Part shown: piece by piece, positions 61,984 to 64,000 of the stretch
Numbering within the stretch: position 1 is the stretch's first letter
Layout: every line of letters starts with the position of its first letter
Origin: a virus
Length of the DNA: 64,000 bases
Virus record (IMG/VR): IMGVR_UViG_3300022555_003222
Span: 66,809 to 130,808 of that record
Direction: 5' to 3' (one strand)
Program-made: the position numbers and the translations under genes
Notes under the pieces: generated by a model
Database searches by the model: none
The model's input: the letters and a program-made list of their open reading frames with translations, nothing else
What the model was told of the DNA's origin: nothing

Positions 61984-62711
61984 CTTATTACATGCCGTTG
62001 AAATTTCATGCTTTTACAGTCTCCATAAGCAAAAGCAATAGATGCTACTGTATCACTAGGCTGCAATACACTATATGGCCCGCAATTCGCTGCCGAGCAC
62101 CAAAATTGATTATTCGTAAATGCAAAGCAATTTTTGTGTGTAAATTCAAAAGTTCGGCACTCTGCGAATGATGTTTTAATAAATTTCATCTGGCAACCCG
62201 GTGGTATCCTCGATAATCAAGCCTTGCAAATGCTGCACTGGCCCAAGATCGTTGCGTTGATAATATAACACTAAATGCAAATGGTGTTCTTGTAATGCTC
62301 ATGGTGCATCTTAAAGCATACAAGATCGAATTGCGACAGTCGTGCCGGAAGGCACGACTGTCGCCAAATGTTGTAGCTGTAATGATTTTCATATGCTTTT
62401 ACTTCCTCCTCTACGAAAGGAAACCATTGCCCAAGCGTTGTATGCATTCGTCATTCTACTATAACCGTAACCAGTGATCCAAGCGCACCAAAACATTCCT
62501 GCACTACGATAATTAGCTCCATAGTCGTGAGATAAACTAAAGTTTTTAGATTCAGGAAATGATTTAATGAAAAATCTCATCCCCATGTGCTCCTATCGAT
62601 TGTTTGGTTTGTCCAGGCAGATGCCCAGCGGCGTGATCGACTTTTGAAGTTAATACTGTATCCATACATGCCAAACAATGTGGTGTGCCATACACACCAA
62701 TATTTACGGGG

Positions 62712-64000
62712 GCGGCGTAAAGCCCCTACATTCCAAAGGAATGTTTGCTCTGTGAGTGAGGAAGTGAGGCGTAGCCGAACGACCGCATGAACAGGGCGAA
62801 CCTCTTTAGGGTAGTGGGATGTAAGCCGCATAATAAAAATAATTTTGGAATTGTTTATAATTTTTACGATTGTAATACTATATAAGAGTGATGGATAGAA
62901 TCACTCAATTAAAAATCACTAGAGAAAAACGAAAATCACAAACTTGTAAAGTATATGAAGCCAAGATTGATTATTCACATTTATCTAAATCTGTCAAGAG
63001 TCATTTCAGTGGTTTGTTTCGTGAAGCCAAGTGGTTCTATAATTATTGTCTTTCCCATGATAATGTCAATGATGCTGATACAACCATTCGCACTGTTCCA
63101 GTCAAAGTAAATGATGAATATGAAGATCGTAAATTATCCATTCTTTCATCTCAAGCAAAGCAAGGAATTAAAACAAGATTGTTCGGTAGTTTATCTTCGC
63201 TTCATTCTTTGAAAAACAATGGACATAAGGTAGGACGACTCAAATTCAAAAGTCAAATCAACTCAATACCACTCAAGCAGTTCAACAATTCTTATTATAT
63301 TCGTAATGGAAAACTAAGGATTCAAGGAATGAAACAATGGTTGCGAATCAATGGACTTGAGCAAATACCAAAGGACGCTGAAATTGCTTGTGCAACTTTG
63401 ATAAGGAAAAGTGGTGATTATTATATTCACATTACGACTTATGTTGAAAAACAAGAACAAGTAATTCCTGAAGCAATAATTGGTATTGATTTTGGTTGCG
63501 AAACACAATTAACTTTCAGTAATGGAATTAAAGTTCAATTTCAAGTTTCGCCATCTAAGCGTTTGCGTAAACTTGATCGCAAGATAATGAGAAATAAAAG
63601 AGCAAAGTCCAACAACAAAATCAAAGATCAAGTAAAAAGACAAAAAGAGTATGAGTATTTAACTAATAAGAAAAAGGACATTAGACATAAGATTATAAGT
63701 GCTATCACAAAAAACCATAAGTATGTTTGCTTTCAAGATGAAAGCATTCACGCTTGGACAATGAGTGGGCATGGAAAGAAAATTCAACATTCAGGTATTG
63801 GTGGAATAATTAGCGATTTGAAGCACAAATCATGTACGCCACTTGAAGTTGATAAGTTCTTTCCATCAACCAAACTTTGTCCAAATTGTAGAAATAAAAA
63901 CATACTTTTAATTAGTGATAGAGTTTATGAGTGCGAGTGCGGTTTTAGTATGGATAGAGACATTAAATCTGCATTTTGTATTCAAGAAGAAGGTTTGAAA
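62712..64000 (+). mobile_element. Second tnpB-only IS200/IS605-type element (right end outside window)
   Basis: Left end gcggcgtaaagcccc...gggatgtaagccgc followed by tnpB. Confidence 0.75.
62891..64000 (+). CDS. tnpB: RNA-guided endonuclease TnpB (partial, runs off window)
   Basis: Not in ORF track. MDRITQLK..RKSQTCKVYE; GIDFG; FQDE; FPSTKLCPNC...CECG..DRDIKSA. Confidence 0.92.
   Translation, partial: MDRITQLKITREKRKSQTCKVYEAKIDYSHLSKSVKSHFSGLFREAKWFYNYCLSHDNVNDADTTIRTVPVKVNDEYEDRKLSILSSQAKQGIKTRLFGSLSSLHSLKNNGHKVGRLKFKSQINSIPLKQFNNSYYIRNGKLRIQGMKQWLRINGLEQIPKDAEIACATLIRKSGDYYIHITTYVEKQEQVIPEAIIGIDFGCETQLTFSNGIKVQFQVSPSKRLRKLDRKIMRNKRAKSNNKIKDQVKRQKEYEYLTNKKKDIRHKIISAITKNHKYVCFQDESIHAWTMSGHGKKIQHSGIGGIISDLKHKSCTPLEVDKFFPSTKLCPNCRNKNILLISDRVYECECGFSMDRDIKSAFCIQEEGLK

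Larger units (their letters stand above)
54589..62711 (-). other. Chain of about 30 translationally coupled short cationic ORFs
   Basis: More than 20 ATGA stop/start overlaps; starts mostly M-K/R-hydrophobic; mostly 47-85 aa. Confidence 0.8.

Noticed and set aside
54589-62711. Diversity-generating retroelement explaining the variable peptides
   Set aside because: No reverse transcriptase or near-identical TR/VR pair in the window; paralog differences include indels.

Overview
This window is part of a large (jumbo-type) tailed bacteriophage genome, possibly infecting a planctomycete (one supporting gene only). It has three distinct zones. (1) 1-19.7 kb is an AT-rich region with genes on both strands: HAD, histidine and Cys-based phosphatases, Hsp20, a ClpP-like protease, a UvrD helicase and ribosome recycling factor. 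Many proteins start with a T4 capsid-targeting-like motif and follow TANATA late-promoter-like boxes. (2) 20.0-53.4 kb is a GC-richer, strictly minus-strand array of roughly 100 small genes cut into cassettes by about 70 copies of a 16-bp motif (AGT-NC-NG-NTGTATAAC). The motif precedes an RBS and often supplies the stop codon of the upstream gene. This zone also holds triloop palindromes, two 3-codon minigenes, a tRNA-Glu and a D-armless tRNA-Tyr-like RNA. (3) 54-64 kb has a GGATATATCC repeat cluster and a chain of about 30 short cationic Trp/Cys/Ser-rich ORFs coupled by ATGA overlaps, interrupted by rmlA and two tnpB-only IS200/IS605-type elements. All counts and alignments were done by eye; family names come from motif recognition, not database searches.
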